Notes under the pieces: generated by a model
What the model was told of the DNA's origin: nothing
The model's database searches: none
The model's input: only the letters and a program-made list of their open reading frames with translations
Made by a program: the position numbers and the translations under genes
Shown: one piece after another, positions 24,190 to 37,479 of the stretch
Layout of the letters: each line of letters begins with the position of its first letter
Numbering within the stretch: the stretch's first letter is position 1
Assembly: GCA_002633005.1 (NCBI GenBank)
Contig: NMRA01000986.1
Location: forward strand, 13,999-77,998
Reading direction: 5' to 3'
DNA: 64,000 bases
Origin: Phoronis australis
Lineage: Eukaryota; Animalia; Phoronida

Positions 24190-27100
24190 TCCTCATGCTT
24201 TAAAAGACTCAACCTAGACCCAGTTAGACTCATATTAGGCTAGCTTGGTTTACTCTCTGCCGGCTCCCTAGACTCACCTTGGGTCCAATGGGATTGACTC
24301 TGGACGCATTATCTTATGTGATACTCGCGATCAGCGAGAATCTATTGTGGAATCTGGGTGCAAATGGCTTCAAATACTTGCTTAGCAAGTCCGCAACCAA
24401 ACGAACTAATTCCGTCAGTAGAGTTATATCACGTGTTCGGGTCACCCATTTTAGAAACTAGTCTTCCCGTTGACGTGAGGAATCTGGGCATCAGTTAAAT
24501 GCTCAGAACGTCAGACATTTACGTGTAAGTTGCTACAGTACGTAGCGCTTACCCTCGATACGGCTAAAAATTGTGCACGGGTCTTGTATGTTAGTATTTG
24601 CCTTGAATTAAAATGATAAATCACTCATTTGCGATGTTTTCGTTCGTTTCGTTAATGTTGTCTAAGAGATACCTTATAATTTCTGGTCCCATTGAAATAT
24701 CATATAATTTATCTTTATTTGTAATGGGAAACCAATATTTCACTAAAGGCTTTTCATGAGGACCATTCCACCCTCATAAAAATTCGCTTACCTGAAATGA
24801 CCAACACTTATTACTTGGCTTCGTAGTCAGTTTTAAATGTGTCAGCAAGCTTGTTCTTTCCCCATTATACAGTACGTTGATTAGATACTGAAGCCCTGGA
24901 CATGTCACGTGTTTAAAAGACTTCACTTCATTCTGACTAGACTCAGAGCGCGTTAGGATACTCGAGAGTATCTATACTACAGAGGCGCAAACTCGGATAT
25001 CTCCCCATCTGAACTTCCATCTCAGTAACTATTATTATCGCGGTTAAAAGTGTCAGTGCAAAAGTTGATTGGGGAGTACCCTCTGCTTAATTTTATGGTG
25101 TACGTCGGCAACATTTGCATGAAATAAAAAACAAAATCTCAGCACAAAATGCACTGTAACGGTTGGCCGACATCCCGAATAGCAGCAATCTTAATAAACA
25201 ATTCGAATTAAAATTCTAATTCGTGGTATTGACATTGTTTTAGAAAGTTTGCAGTCTCGCAACGAGTTTCTTGTCTTCCAAACAGATACTGGTGTAGGGC
25301 TACAGTGTACAGTAGTTTACGTTTACCGACGTCATTATCGTGATGGTTGAACTTGTTATACAGCAAAGGACGGAAGATAACATGAAATTTTCGCAGGCAC
25401 CCTACACGTGATGGCACACCAGTGGAAATCTATCAAAAATCTAAATGTTTGAAAAGTCATGTTTGCTAAGCTAAGAGTCTGCCGTATTCTCCACCGGCTC
25501 TATTACAAACTGATAACCACGGCAGGAAATTGACGTGGCCACTTCAAAGTATTAATTCATTCAAATTTGTTATTTCGTTAAATTGTATCGTCACACTATT
25601 TTAACACATTATTATATCGGCTTAAAAGCCAGTATCATATCCTTATTTCGGGGATTGGTAAGTACGAAATCATTCACGATTTTGTTGATGTACAATGATC
25701 TAATTTGCGCTAACTCTGCTAAAATTAATCTAGATCTTGTCTTAAATATAAAAATTCCAGAGCAGATAAAACTCACCAGAAATGACGAGTGCATGCAATT
25801 CCTTTCACAGACCCTCTGCGACTCGCGTGTGTTTACACTGGTTATTAGAGTACTGCCGGTTTCTGCGTATTATGATTGGCTACCCTGATGTGCCATTGCT
25901 CTAAGCTGAATAATCAATCGTTCATGCTTCACATGTCTTGTCAAATCACACAAAAACACAAGTCCTTGCTTATCTTGAGACGAATATCATTTTTGTTATG
26001 TTTAATGTGCCTAATATGCCACCGTCTGGAATGTATCGAGCTTGTATACAGTGGAATGGTTGCGTGTTTCGCATTGTTATTCGTCGGTTCATGCTTCAAA
26101 AAGGCTCACCTTGTGCCAATTAGACCCATTCCGGGCCAGTTAGACTAACCCTCGGCCTATCTATACTCACCTTGGGTCCAAGGCTATTCATTCTGGGAGT
26201 AGTGTGTGAGATTACCGCCCATAGAGAGCGACACTTCGGGGTCGTAATGGTAAGCAGTTTTCAAATACTTGCCTAGTGTGTCAATTGTCAAAACCTTGCT
26301 TACAAAGTGATTCCGCCAGTATAGCCATGTCGCGTTTTTTGATCAATTTATTTTTTGAAACTAGTTTTCTAGCTGATATAGTCGAATTGAACATCATTTT
26401 TAATGCTCGGAATAGTTGACCATTCAAAAAACGAACAACTTTCTTCATTAAATCTGATTATTTTCTAATTCATGATGTTAACATTGTTACTGAAGGTTTT
26501 GTAGCCTCCCAACGTGCCTGTCTTGTCTTGAATACAGTTACATTCCTCAACGGTGTGAGATAGTGTACTTTGGTTTTGTATAATGACAAACATGTATTAT
26601 AGCAATGTTCAGAACATAACACAAACTTGTCGCTGGCACTGTATACTTGATGACAAGTCATTGGAAATTGATCAAAAAATGTTTGAAAAGGTTGGTTTAT
26701 CTGCGAATAAACTGCATTCATAAAATTGTATATCTCACTCATATACATGCATCTGCAAGTGTTATACTCACGGGATGAGTTGTACTCATAAACATTTTTC
26801 CGGTGTGTAAACTTGATTTTAACCGGTGTAGTCGTATGAGGCACTTTGAGACTCACAACCGCATTAAGCAGGGGATCACGTGATCACTGCAAAGGGTGAT
26901 CAATTCAACGATTGTGATTTTGTTCAGTTGCGTCGTAAAACTATTTTAATAAATTATAATCTCAGACTAAAACGAATTGTCTTGTGTGTGTGTATGCAGA
27001 ACTCCTCTAAGTAGCATTTTATTCGTAGTTTAATGTCACGCAATCATCTAATTTATCATCCTCTCCTGAAATCAATCTAGATCTCCTTTTATCAATAAAA

Positions 27101-28000
27101 ATGCTACAGCTGAACAAACTCACCAGAAATGAAAAGGGTCCGATTCCTTTCCCAGACCCTCTTTGACTATCGTGACTTTGTCCGTGAGCACCGCTTGTTG
27201 AACTCACGGCTGTTCAGCCCTTAACGGATTATTCTACTAGCAGTCGTTTTATGCTTAAAATGACTTCACCTGGGTCCAGCTAGACTCATCGTAGGTCCAA
27301 CTAGATTCATCCTTTTCGCACGTTCAGAATGAGGGGCTACTCGTGACAATGTGTGTATGTGGTTTTCATATACTTGCACGAGTGAGAATACTGCCAGGGC
27401 GCTGTTAACGAACTGAGTCCTCCTAGTATAGTTATGTCACCTGTTTTTGATTAATTATTTTTGAAACTAGATTTTCGGTTGAAGTAGGCCTAATGAAGCT
27501 GGGCAACAACATGAATGCTCGGTAAGTCGCACGTTTATGTGGACGTTGACACGAATCATTTATCACCGATAGCAGCTACATGTAGTAAATTACATAACGT
27601 TCTTCAATGTCAAGTGTGCGCCTTAAATTTGACTTCTATGTCACTCATCTGCGATGTATTTTTCCATTTATGCTAATTTAAAGTGTAACTTTTCTATTTC
27701 GCGCTCATTGTAGCTCGATACATTGAAATAAAATGCGACTTCTGAAAATTGTAGGTGAGATGACGCATATACGTTTTCCACTTATTCACAACGCACAGAC
27801 CAAAGTTTCCTTAAACACATCCCTTAATAACCACCTTTACAAAAAATCACTTACCTGAAATGATAAAGACTTGTTACTTGGTCCCTGTCCGTCTCACGTG
27901 TGTTGCCGAGCGGCTATCCGCTACAATATATATTGTTCTGTTACTGGCAGCCAGGAAATTACATCACTGAAGACTTCACATGAGTCTGACTAGACTCAAA
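24190..28000. repeat. Old triplicated module (copies ~24190-24945, ~25720-26425, ~27065-28000)
   Basis: Recurring blocks ATGCTT.AAA...CTC, TAGACTCA, ATACTTGC, GAAACTAG.TT, AATGCTC(A/G)G, TCACTCAT.TGCGATG, CTTACCTGAAATGA, AAACTCACCAGAAATGA, TCTGACTAGACTCA. Confidence 0.8.
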
Positions 28001-30287
28001 ACACACAGGAAGACTATACGATAAGTCTCCTATGGCTCGCAGTCCGACTTTTTCTTTTAGGGTTTTGTTTATCGGTGTCGATGGATTACGACTGGTATGG
28101 GCCTTAGAAATCGATCACTTTGACAAAAAAGCGAACGTGTTAATTAAGCGGGGGATACGAGCGCACGCATTCGAGTTAATTGATGTCATGCCTAAATGAG
28201 TTTTGTTGATCCAAAGCAAGTATTTGCTCCATTCACAATAAGCTGGCTTTTGAGGGTGTTTTTGTGTCTGTTCGAATACAATAAATGGAATGCAATAAAA
28301 AACTTGTTGGATGTGCCGTTCATGCCCTCTAGGGAAGAATATTAAATGCAAACAAAAGTCTTTCGCTGAGTCCATGGAAGACTCTGTCGCTGCCTATATC
28401 ATAACCACATACATGTATAAATCCTGGCAGATAATCTCCACGTTATCTGTAGTCAACAGTCGAGGTTTATTCAACCTACCATTTCATTGTATGCTGTAGT
28501 TTCAATAGCGTGACACCGAGGGCGCTGGCCCACATGACCAATTCAGTGTTTTCCTGAACAGGCAAATGTTTATTTAGACCTTCGTTTTGAGTGTCAATAT
28601 TTTACCAAATTCTCCGGAAAATGACCTAGACATACAGTCACTTCGTCATTCATTCTGAACGCCTTTTAGCGCTCCTTAAACTGAAGTCGTTGCACTACTT
28701 TTAGGGATTTCTGTTTGGACCGCTTTGCGTCCTCTCACTTACGATGGGTGACCAAGGAATTAGTCAAAAAATGTTTCGTGAATTCAATGAATCTTTTATA
28801 CTTAATGATTAAAGGCCTTTAAAATCCTTATCTCAAAGTACATTCTAGTTAAAAAAATTAAACATAGTTACCAAATTAAGTAATATGTAACACGGCATAA
28901 TGCTCACATCCTTTCTGTTGTCAAACTTAAAGCCTTTTTTGCACAATTTTGAACCTCGGCCGAGATCGTAAAATCCTCGACTATTCTTGTCTATTTCCGT
29001 GACATGAGTTCCAGTGTGTCAGTTCAGGAACGATTCCTGAATACCAGGCAAGTTGTCCTTGAAAACGTATTGTCATGACCGTCAGCGTAAATGCGTTGTT
29101 TCTTTGTTTGGTTGTTTGTGATTCCCATTTTGGTTCTTTTTATACAAATTTGATTATTTATTTCATAATCTAGGTGTTCTTTGCATATTACGAATGGTAT
29201 TAATGCATAACCATACGTTTGAAGTACCGTCGCAATGTCTCCGTCGTGGCCAACGCTCGGCTACTAATTGAGGGTACTTCAAATTAGCAACAGTACCCGT
29301 TGAGGTAATAACTTAGAGGGAAACAGTTTCTTGATCAACAGATGTCTTATCCTTATTGCCATATCTTGAAACTGATGCAAAGTACCAATCTGAAGTGTCA
29401 CGGTGACTACCCGGACGTGTGACTTCAGTGCGTAATTGGCGGCAAATTCTCACCGGCTCTACTGGCCCGTTAAAAATGTAACATAGAAAAAAAAACACCC
29501 ACAAACGGCGATGTTTTGACAAAAAAAAACAAAGTTTTATCTCAAAACAAAGAGTTCCATATCCGACGTGGAACACATTGTGTGCTTGATTTGGCTAAGT
29601 GGGAATTATTCGTTTTACTTAAACTCGTTAATACTTATGTTATACCATTTGGCACCATGACAAGTTTTCTACCTGAAATTATTTCGCCACCAAATGGTAG
29701 CCCATTATCTTGGTAGTCAGCCGCCCGACCGTAGCGAAGTCGCTTCTAAACTTATTTCCCATCTTTTCGCAAGTTTAACTGTCAGAATATTCTAACTGTA
29801 TAGCAATTTTATTCAATAATTTTATGTTGCATGTTCATTGTTCTGTTTATACTGTTTGTTTACCAGAGTTAATTAAACCCAGTAAAACACGGTTAGCCTA
29901 GCCCGCCATGGTCGGCCTCCGTTGCTCAATCGTTGTCGCAGCCTGTTAATAGTCCCTAATTTAATACAGTGTACAAGTGCCATAAAATATCTTTGTAAGT
30001 ATACGGCATTGATGATTTAAACCATTTATTCTGATAAAACAGCCGGGAACAGCACGCCTTCATCTTTTGTCAGTGCGAATGGTCTCGATCGATCTGCACC
30101 GGGTCATCGGCTGCAGGTCCAAGCCCGGCAAAATAATTTCTGTCAAAACTTATTTTGCCACATTTTGTTAACATTTTCAGTACAAATTGTCCCTATTTTG
30201 GTTTTTATAAAAGTTGAAGTCCGCTGTTATTTCATCCCCGTTTGCAGGCTGGTAACAGACACTGCTCCAGTCGTACAGCCGGAGTAT

Positions 30288-31801
30288 AGACCTAATTCAT
30301 GCTGACAGGAGGCGCGTTCCAAAACGAAGCTCGCTACGATAGCTCTGTTGGCTTATCCGCATAGTTGTATTCCACGTGGTGCTCTAACGGCTATAAAAAA
30401 TACCGACAATTGCCTGTTTTACAATCCCTAAGAACGTTGAGATTCGGAAGCGTTGGGTCGATGCCATACGCCGCGACGAAGGAAAATATCTCCGTGTAAA
30501 ATTTATCAATGTTTTCGGATAGTTAGATCCTATTGCCGCATTTCGGTTGCCGAGCATCATAGCAACCCAAGAGAATCTTCGACCAGCAAGGCTGTGTTTT
30601 CATGACTACGGCGGGTTGAAACATGATGAATTTTTCTTTCCAAAAAGGACAGGGCCGGCTCTCAATCCCTCGATTTTGGGGCCAAATATCGGCCCTATTC
30701 CCCTCTCAAAAATATTGAAACATCACGCGAAGTTCCTTCCAACGCCGGAGGCCTAAAAATTCCCTTGCAGTGCCTGAAAATTTCTCTCCGAAGTTCAAAT
30801 CACCTGTAACCACAAAGGTCAAAATTTCAAAGAGCACAAAATGCTACTTGAGACAGAGCCTATGAGGGCTTGCAACCGGGCGGGAGTGCTATTAATGGTG
30901 ATCGGGAGGTAGATTTTCCCCTCACTCGGCGAAAATTCCCCTCTCCGGCATAAGGCACAGGGGCCTTTCCCTTCGGATGAACGAGGCCCCTGAAGAAACA
31001 TGATAACTGTGCTTGCTCTGTCCAATTAACTGAAATTGAGCTCTAAAACGGGGTTATGATTTGGACGAAAAAAATAATTAGGTGTTTTAATTTTAAAATT
31101 CAACTCGGTCCAGATTGATATTTGAAATTGGCCTAACACGTAAAATAGAAGTAATAATTAAAACCAAGGAAGCAGAATTGATTGTGAAATGATTTTTATT
31201 TTCAACTTTTATTTTAATAAAAATATATTTAGTAACATCATGTATTCTTTCAGATCAATGACAAATCAACTGTCAGTTCCGGTAGTCCTGAGGACCTAGG
31301 CTATACTGAGTATGCTTGATGTTAATATTCTTGATCAACAAATTAAACCAGATGTGACAAATTGCACATGACAGCAAAATGCGATGAGCCACCTCTGTCG
31401 AATATAGCTTCAACTCGTGAACAATACGAGCAGATGACCCTGATAGTGTATAAAGCATCTTTATCAACAATTTATAAGAAGAAACGTAACCCTACATTCA
31501 GCATAATACCTATCTGTAACACTACGAACACCGCAATTTGATCATATTTACTTTTCATGTTTCGAACCTAGTTTTCCGAAAAAAACTTATGCCGTTTCGT
31601 CAGACAACTCTTTGGTGCATTGACATGTTCTCTGATTTATTTTTCTACGTCTATGTGTTTATCATTGACACATTCTTAGGATTTAATATCGAGATTGAAC
31701 TCGAAGGACCGGCTATTTAGCTCACGCAATGTTAATTTCAGCTTTGTTTATTGCAGTTAGCCTCGCTTTGGATTTTAATATCTGCCGCGTGAGTTGGGTC
31801 T
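30288..31801. mobile_element. ISL2EU-like (PIF/Harbinger group) deletion derivative with a THAP remnant (+) and a PHD-finger remnant (-)
   Basis: Imperfect TIR AGACCTAATTCATGCTGACAG / CTGCCGCGTGAGTTGGGTCT flanked by AT on both sides. ~30418-30498 (+) reads FTIPKNVEIRKRWVDAIRRDEGKYLRV (THAP). ~31255-31435 (-) reads ICSYCSR ... LLSCAICHIWFN ... LICH across frameshifts (PHD). Confidence 0.65.
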
Positions 31802-34327
31802 ATAGACCACTTAAGCCTGGGTTCCTGAATGAATTGTACTTCCGGTTTTGCGTTTAGTTCAAAATGGCGGAGTGACCTTCGGGTCGGAATCGTGAGTGAC
31901 GCGTTTATTTAAACTTTCTTCGACCAGGGATCGTGTATTAGTTATGGGATAAGTACTGCGTTGTTCCTTATAACGTCTTCTAACCATTTAATAAGGATTA
32001 AATACGTGTGCTTCTGGGACTTTAATATTACAGTTGGCATTTTGCCACTGATCCGTCCAATAATGTGATTGGATCTTTATTTACTATTGGCCTAACTATA
32101 AATAAATGATGCTAAACAAGCTGTGGTTGCTGGGGGGAAGAAGGGGGGTGGTGGCACACAAGTATCATTCAACAGCACAGGTGGCACTGAACAGCAGCGG
32201 CCAATTTGCGCTATCAAAACATTAAAATCTAGGGGTAGGCCAGGTTGGGGGCATTTTTAGTTAGCTGTTATATGTAGGCAAAGTGAAATAAATGTGTTTT
32301 TTTGTATTTGTGAACATGTTGAGAAAGACAAAAAGACCACTAGCTCGGCTGTAGAAGCAGTTTTCTTCACGATTTCAAGCTGGTGGCCCCCTGTTGCAAT
32401 TGCGCATTGCTGGGTAGCAACTGAGAAATTGGCCGCAATTTCAGGTAACCCTTAAAAAAGTCAAATTTGCAAAATAACTAGTTGGTGACAGTACAGTTGG
32501 ACCATATTTTATGGGTCGGTACAAAAGTTGTTTTCGGAGTCTTATGTTGGCTTTAGTCGAGCATTTCCATGGAAGTGGTGGGCTTGGGATGAAAAGTGCC
32601 GATTTTGCGGTTTTTTGCACCTATTTTTCTTAGTTTAGCCTAGTCTTCAGTGGGAGTGAAAGGGTCAAAAATACAAGAGAGAATAAAGTTTCTGTGATCC
32701 TCTGTAGTGCTTGAGATGGGAAATGACTAAAAACTTCATATGCAATTTTCGACAGAGTAAAGAACACAGGGGCGGAGTTAACGGGGGGCAGGGAACAGGA
32801 ATAACCAGAATTTCGCCACATGCGCGCACCCAACTTGAAATTTAGGGATGCAGAGGACTTGAACCATTGAGTCAATGAACCTTATGACTAAAAATGGGTA
32901 AACGGGGTTTGTTCAAAGCCATGCATTGTGCATTAGCCCCCCCTCCCCCCAGGGTGCACGCATATGCCAGTCACCCATTCGCGCCTCAAAATGCCAAATG
33001 GAAACTGGGAAAATTTTAGGGGTGCCATGGCCCCCTTGACCCTCCTTATTCCGCAACTGGAAAAGGTGAACAATCAATTGACATGTGGTCTGATAGGCAA
33101 ACTCCTGTGAGAACTTTTGTGTTCCGTCACACGTTTTATAACTGTTTGATGTAACCTCGGCAGCCATTCGTTAGCTTTACATCTAGGAAATGAAATGGCG
33201 GACTGTCACCGATTTTTGCCTTTTCAATATCTTTGCGAATCAAATTTTCTCTCTACTGCAGATACTCGATTCTGCCGAGCTACATGTAATAGCCGCGTGC
33301 CTGGCTGCCGATTTAACACGTGTGCCATTCACATTGTGTGAATACAGGACAGCAAGTTAGACAAAATTCAGCGAAAAATGCACACCGAAAAGACGCAACC
33401 ACAACTTTCCGATTCACATTTCTTGAACATATTCCAATTAAACTCCGACTTGGCTTTTCAAAAGACCGCAAACGATATCCACATTTACACTTCCTCCATC
33501 AGCCATGCAAGTTTGTTTAGGTAAAGCGCTATCTGTTGAAAATTCGCCTTTTCGATCTGAAAAGTCCACACGACCAATACTAGTTTCATATGAATGGCCA
33601 AAAAAGCTGGAGCGAACAGTAGCTCAAAAGCTACCGTTTTGGTCAGATAGAGGAACTGCCCGCGTTGGGGTATTTTAGCAACACATGTCCCTTTGTTTCC
33701 AAATCTCTTGAGTCGCTAAAATGAAGTAAAAACGCGTTTATATTCTGCCATAAATGGATTGATGTGACGACCTAACAAATGTCCCTCGCCCCTACGCATG
33801 TGGGTCCATTTAAGCACACGGTCTGGCTACAGAAATGCTTTAACAAAAACTCCAGTAGTTTTGGAGCAACTCAAAGTTTCAGCATTGCGCTAGAAAAGTT
33901 GCCCTCACATTCCAGGCGTTTTGCCTCTACAGTACAGACACTGAATTATTAGAGTCTCTCCGCTGTCTCTCCGGTCTAGCCACCCGTGACCGTAACCGGA
34001 TACAGACCGGAGAGTGAGGCGTGAATCAACCGTGACAGCTGGCGTGATTCTAAGCGTGACTGTATCGGGAGCTTACCATGAGTTAGGCGTGAACGAAGCG
34101 CGAGCCAGTCGTGAGCCAGCTAGGCGTGAGTTTACTTGCATCGCAGATGAAAAAGTAATTTATTAAAAATTATATCAGTAACTGGCAGTGATGTGTGTAT
34201 TCTCATAGACTTTTGCTCATGTGAGGTTTAATTTTTTTTTAAATCGTCACGTGCAGTAAAAGACCAAAATTTCCGTCTCAAATATTAAGTCACTTCAGGA
34301 AACAGACCTGTGGACTTTATTTCTCAC

Positions 34328-34364
34328 TGATATATAATTATATATATATATATATATATATATA
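34328..34364. repeat. (TA)n microsatellite
   Basis: Direct reading; a second (TA)n tract lies at ~53711-53732. Confidence 0.9.
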
Positions 34365-34974
34365 ATTTGTTTTTATATAAACTAATAAAGAATCTTAACA
34401 CGCGTGTAAATGGCGGAAATATTCAATTGCCTTCACTATATGAAGGAGCATAGCATGTCAATTCTGAGTACATTGATCCCAAGTTCCGGCATCATGCGGA
34501 GAAAACTGATCGCGCCCATGCATTTGACGAGTCAAACAGATGACCGCTTTATTATTTTAGTGACGAATTACTCCGGGGATACCGTGTACTCAGTCGAAAC
34601 GCATGTACTACTGAGATGGGGGCTACAAATAATTGAACTGCACTACGTATTGAGGACTTTTAAGTCAAAACATTTGCTTGCAGTAAGGGATGGGTATGTC
34701 AGAAGGGCGGCCTATTGAAATTGTCTGTAAGCCAGTACGGTGCAAAAATTTACAGAGTGACACAATAGTTCACAAGATGCGTAGGCTATTTTTATGGCGA
34801 ATAACTATATCCACCAGTGACAAGTTTCAAGGAGTCCACAGCCATGTAAAGATGACTCTGGACACAGCGTCGCGTTCATTCGTATTTACTAACCGTGGTT
34901 ACTGTACATTTATGTCGTGGATGTGACTGGCTCTTACATGTAAGTCGTAAATTGAACATGTACATGTAAGTGTA

Positions 34975-36205
34975 ACACATCATTCCTAGAAAACAGTCGC
35001 CCAGACATCTGGGTATACTGCTAGATGAAAAACTCTCATTCACCCCTCACGTTCGGGAGCTCCAACAAAAAACTCAGGAACTAATTAACCCACTTAAGCT
35101 TGTCTCTCGTCATCTGAATTCTACACATTTAGAAGTTTTGTTCAAATCCTTTGTACTTCCACACATTGATTATTGTGACATTATATATCAGTCTGCCAAT
35201 ACGGGTGCACTCCAACATTTGGAGAAGTTACTATCAAGCCGCGTTACTCATAACCGGAGCTTACAGGGGATCCAATAGTGTTAAGGTTTTGAATAGTCTC
35301 AAGTGGCCCAAACTGTCTACTCGACGCAATATTCACATGACCACGTTTACTTTCAAGGTAATAAACAATGTCAACAACGTGTCTGTCAAAAAAATATTTG
35401 ATCTATATACTAGACAAGGCCATCGTAGTGATTTGAGATCCTCCACCCCATATGCAATTCCTCCGTCGTTCAGTCAGGCATTCAGAAGGTCTACAGTCAT
35501 GATGTGCATCAACAACTGGAATTCTCTTCCAGTCTCTGTTAAGGAAAGCAACTCTTTTACGAGTATAAAAAATAATTTTAGAACTGTTTTTCATAATTTT
35601 GATAACTCAACACCCTTGACTCAATTCTCCCTTACCCGCGATAACGAAATAGCATTGTACAGATCAAGATGTGGCCTTTTCCTCAACTCTGACAAGTTCA
35701 GGCACAACTTTAGTAATGTATCTCCAAACTGTAAATGTGGTGACCATCAATCTTATCCTCATATTTTCTTCAAATGTCCCCTCATCGAATCCCTGAGAGA
35801 CTCACTCTTTCGTGCACTCAATGATAACCAATCAGTTGTTAACGCTCTCAATTCTTGTAATAATATCCCTACTAGAGTTACATTATTACTGAATGGTAGT
35901 CCTAACCTTGACTTTGTTCTTAACGAATTCCTCCTAGGCAACGTTAGCAAATTTTTATATACCGTTTATCAATATTGTTGCATCTGATTTCCCTACATGA
36001 ATCTGTAAATATTTTTGTTTTTATATATCTGTAATAGCATGTCTAAGTATTGGAATACTTATTTTAGATACTACTTAATTGTATATACCTCTATGTATAT
36101 AAGTTTCATTTATGAATTGTTTACAACCCAGATATAATGCTTCGCGGTTTCTGGGTTTGTTATTATTTCTTTGTATGTTCTGTGTACCCTTCAATAAATA
36201 TATAT
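34975..36205 (+). mobile_element. 5'-truncated CR1/L2-clade LINE: C-terminal part of RT ORF2 (one frameshift near 35230, stop at 35987) plus 3' UTR
   Basis: RHLGILLDEKLSFTPHV...LFKSFVLPHIDYCDIIY...LEKL / YQAALLITGAYRGSNSVKVLNSLKWPKLSTRR...NNWNSLP...SPNCKCGDHQSYPHIFFKCP...LLNGSPNL; AATAAA near 36193. Confidence 0.9.
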
Positions 36206-36723
36206 CACAGTGAAAAAAAGTGTAACACAAGACGAGCTGAAGAAAGACGTTTGTATGAACAACACGTGAAGTTACAGAGTTAGTCGGAACCCAAGTGTGA
36301 TAGATGACTGCTTGCAAAGATACTCTATAATATACTATAATGTCTTTGCAACTTGACCGAAAAGACAAACAATCAAGACGTTACATGTATTTTACTGGTT
36401 AGCCCGGTGCCCGACCATGGTTACGACATCTACCAAAGGCGTGAAGAAAGCGTGAGGTAAGCGTTAACGAGGCGTGAGGAAGGCGTTAACTAAACCGGGG
36501 GTAAGCATGAGGACTACCCGGAGAGTAGGCGTGAGGCGACCGTGACTGATTTCTGTCACGCCTGCGTTCCGGTTGCGCTCCGGTCTGGCCAGCGTGAGGT
36601 AACTCGGACGAAGTCTAAAAATTCATTGGTTGTACTGTAGCGTTGTGGCCAGCATATGAATTGGGCGGGTATCTTAGCTGAGAGGCCTTTCGCAGGTACA
36701 GTGTACACGTAAGGTTTGTATTT

Positions 36724-36800
36724 CAGGGCCGTAGGAGGCAGGGGTGGAGGGGGAGGAAGTGCCCCCCCCCCCAATTTTTTCAGGCGTCATGGTTAAACCG
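36724..36800 (+). mobile_element. Terminus of a GC-rich hAT-like MITE
   Basis: CAGGGCCGTAGGAGGCAGGGG...GCCCCCCCCCCCAATTTTTT is typical of such ends; partner end not found. Confidence 0.35.
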
Positions 36801-37479
36801 TGGCAACCGACATAGGCATAGTGCCGGGGACAGTCGAGAAAAGAATGACTGCGAATACATCTACGGATAAGAGAGGAAATTCAAGCGAATATTTTACAAC
36901 TTAGTATCAGTGTATGCTTTAGTTTTTGATGGCCCAGGCCATAATATTGTTGTTAGGCGGTGTCATCCAAACGTACTTGAAAACATGCATCTAATGATTC
37001 ATATTTGTAGTTCGAAAATCAGAGAAAATTGTGAATTAAATATGACAATTTTGCGAATGTAAAACTATGTTTTCCGGAGGACCCTATTTGGAAAAGTGTA
37101 AAGGAAACAGCTGTAGCTCTTTTTGTTTTTTTTTCTCGAAATTGTAATGTATATCACTTGAGAAAAATTGATGACCTGAAAGATAATATCACTTGTTGCC
37201 CATCTCCAGAACTTTGAAAATATATTTTTTTTAATATTTAGAGGCCATCCCCTGAAAGGGGAAATTGTCGACACTCAAGTGGCCACCCTTTTCATGAGTT
37301 TCTTGACAAATTCTTGAGGGGCCGGTCACGGAGAGAGGAACCAGTGTTTGAATTGATTTTCTCTATTTTCCTGTTTTTTGTGAGGTCGTTACTCTTATCC
37401 CAGTTTAATGATGTTTAGCCTTTCATCTTAAGGTAACCCATTTCAGATGGAGCCCTCTCTCGGTGAGGCGGTTCATGGA

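Larger units (their letters stand above)
8463..24932 (-). pseudogene. Putative multi-exon gene or pseudogene of unknown family (Cys-containing N-terminal part, S/T/P-rich stretch, hydrophobic segments)
   Basis: Candidate AG..GT exons: 24932-24792, 20841-?, 18777-18700, 17518-17435, 16758-16674, 16159-16103, 12182-11979 (hydrophobic, one internal TAG), 10200-?, 9117-8974, 8862-8722, 8573-8463 (terminal). Several consecutive exons are phase-compatible and open, others contain stops. May be more than one gene. Confidence 0.35.
33930..36637. mobile_element. TA-flanked TIR DNA element (Tc1/mariner-like termini TA|CAGTACA...TGTACTG|TA), non-autonomous, with GCGTGA-rich subterminal arrays
   Basis: Left CAGTACAGACACTGAATTATTAGAGTCTCTCCG vs right reverse complement CAGTACAACCAATGAATTTTTAGACTTCGTCCG; TA at 33928-33929 and 36638-36639. 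Confidence 0.7.
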
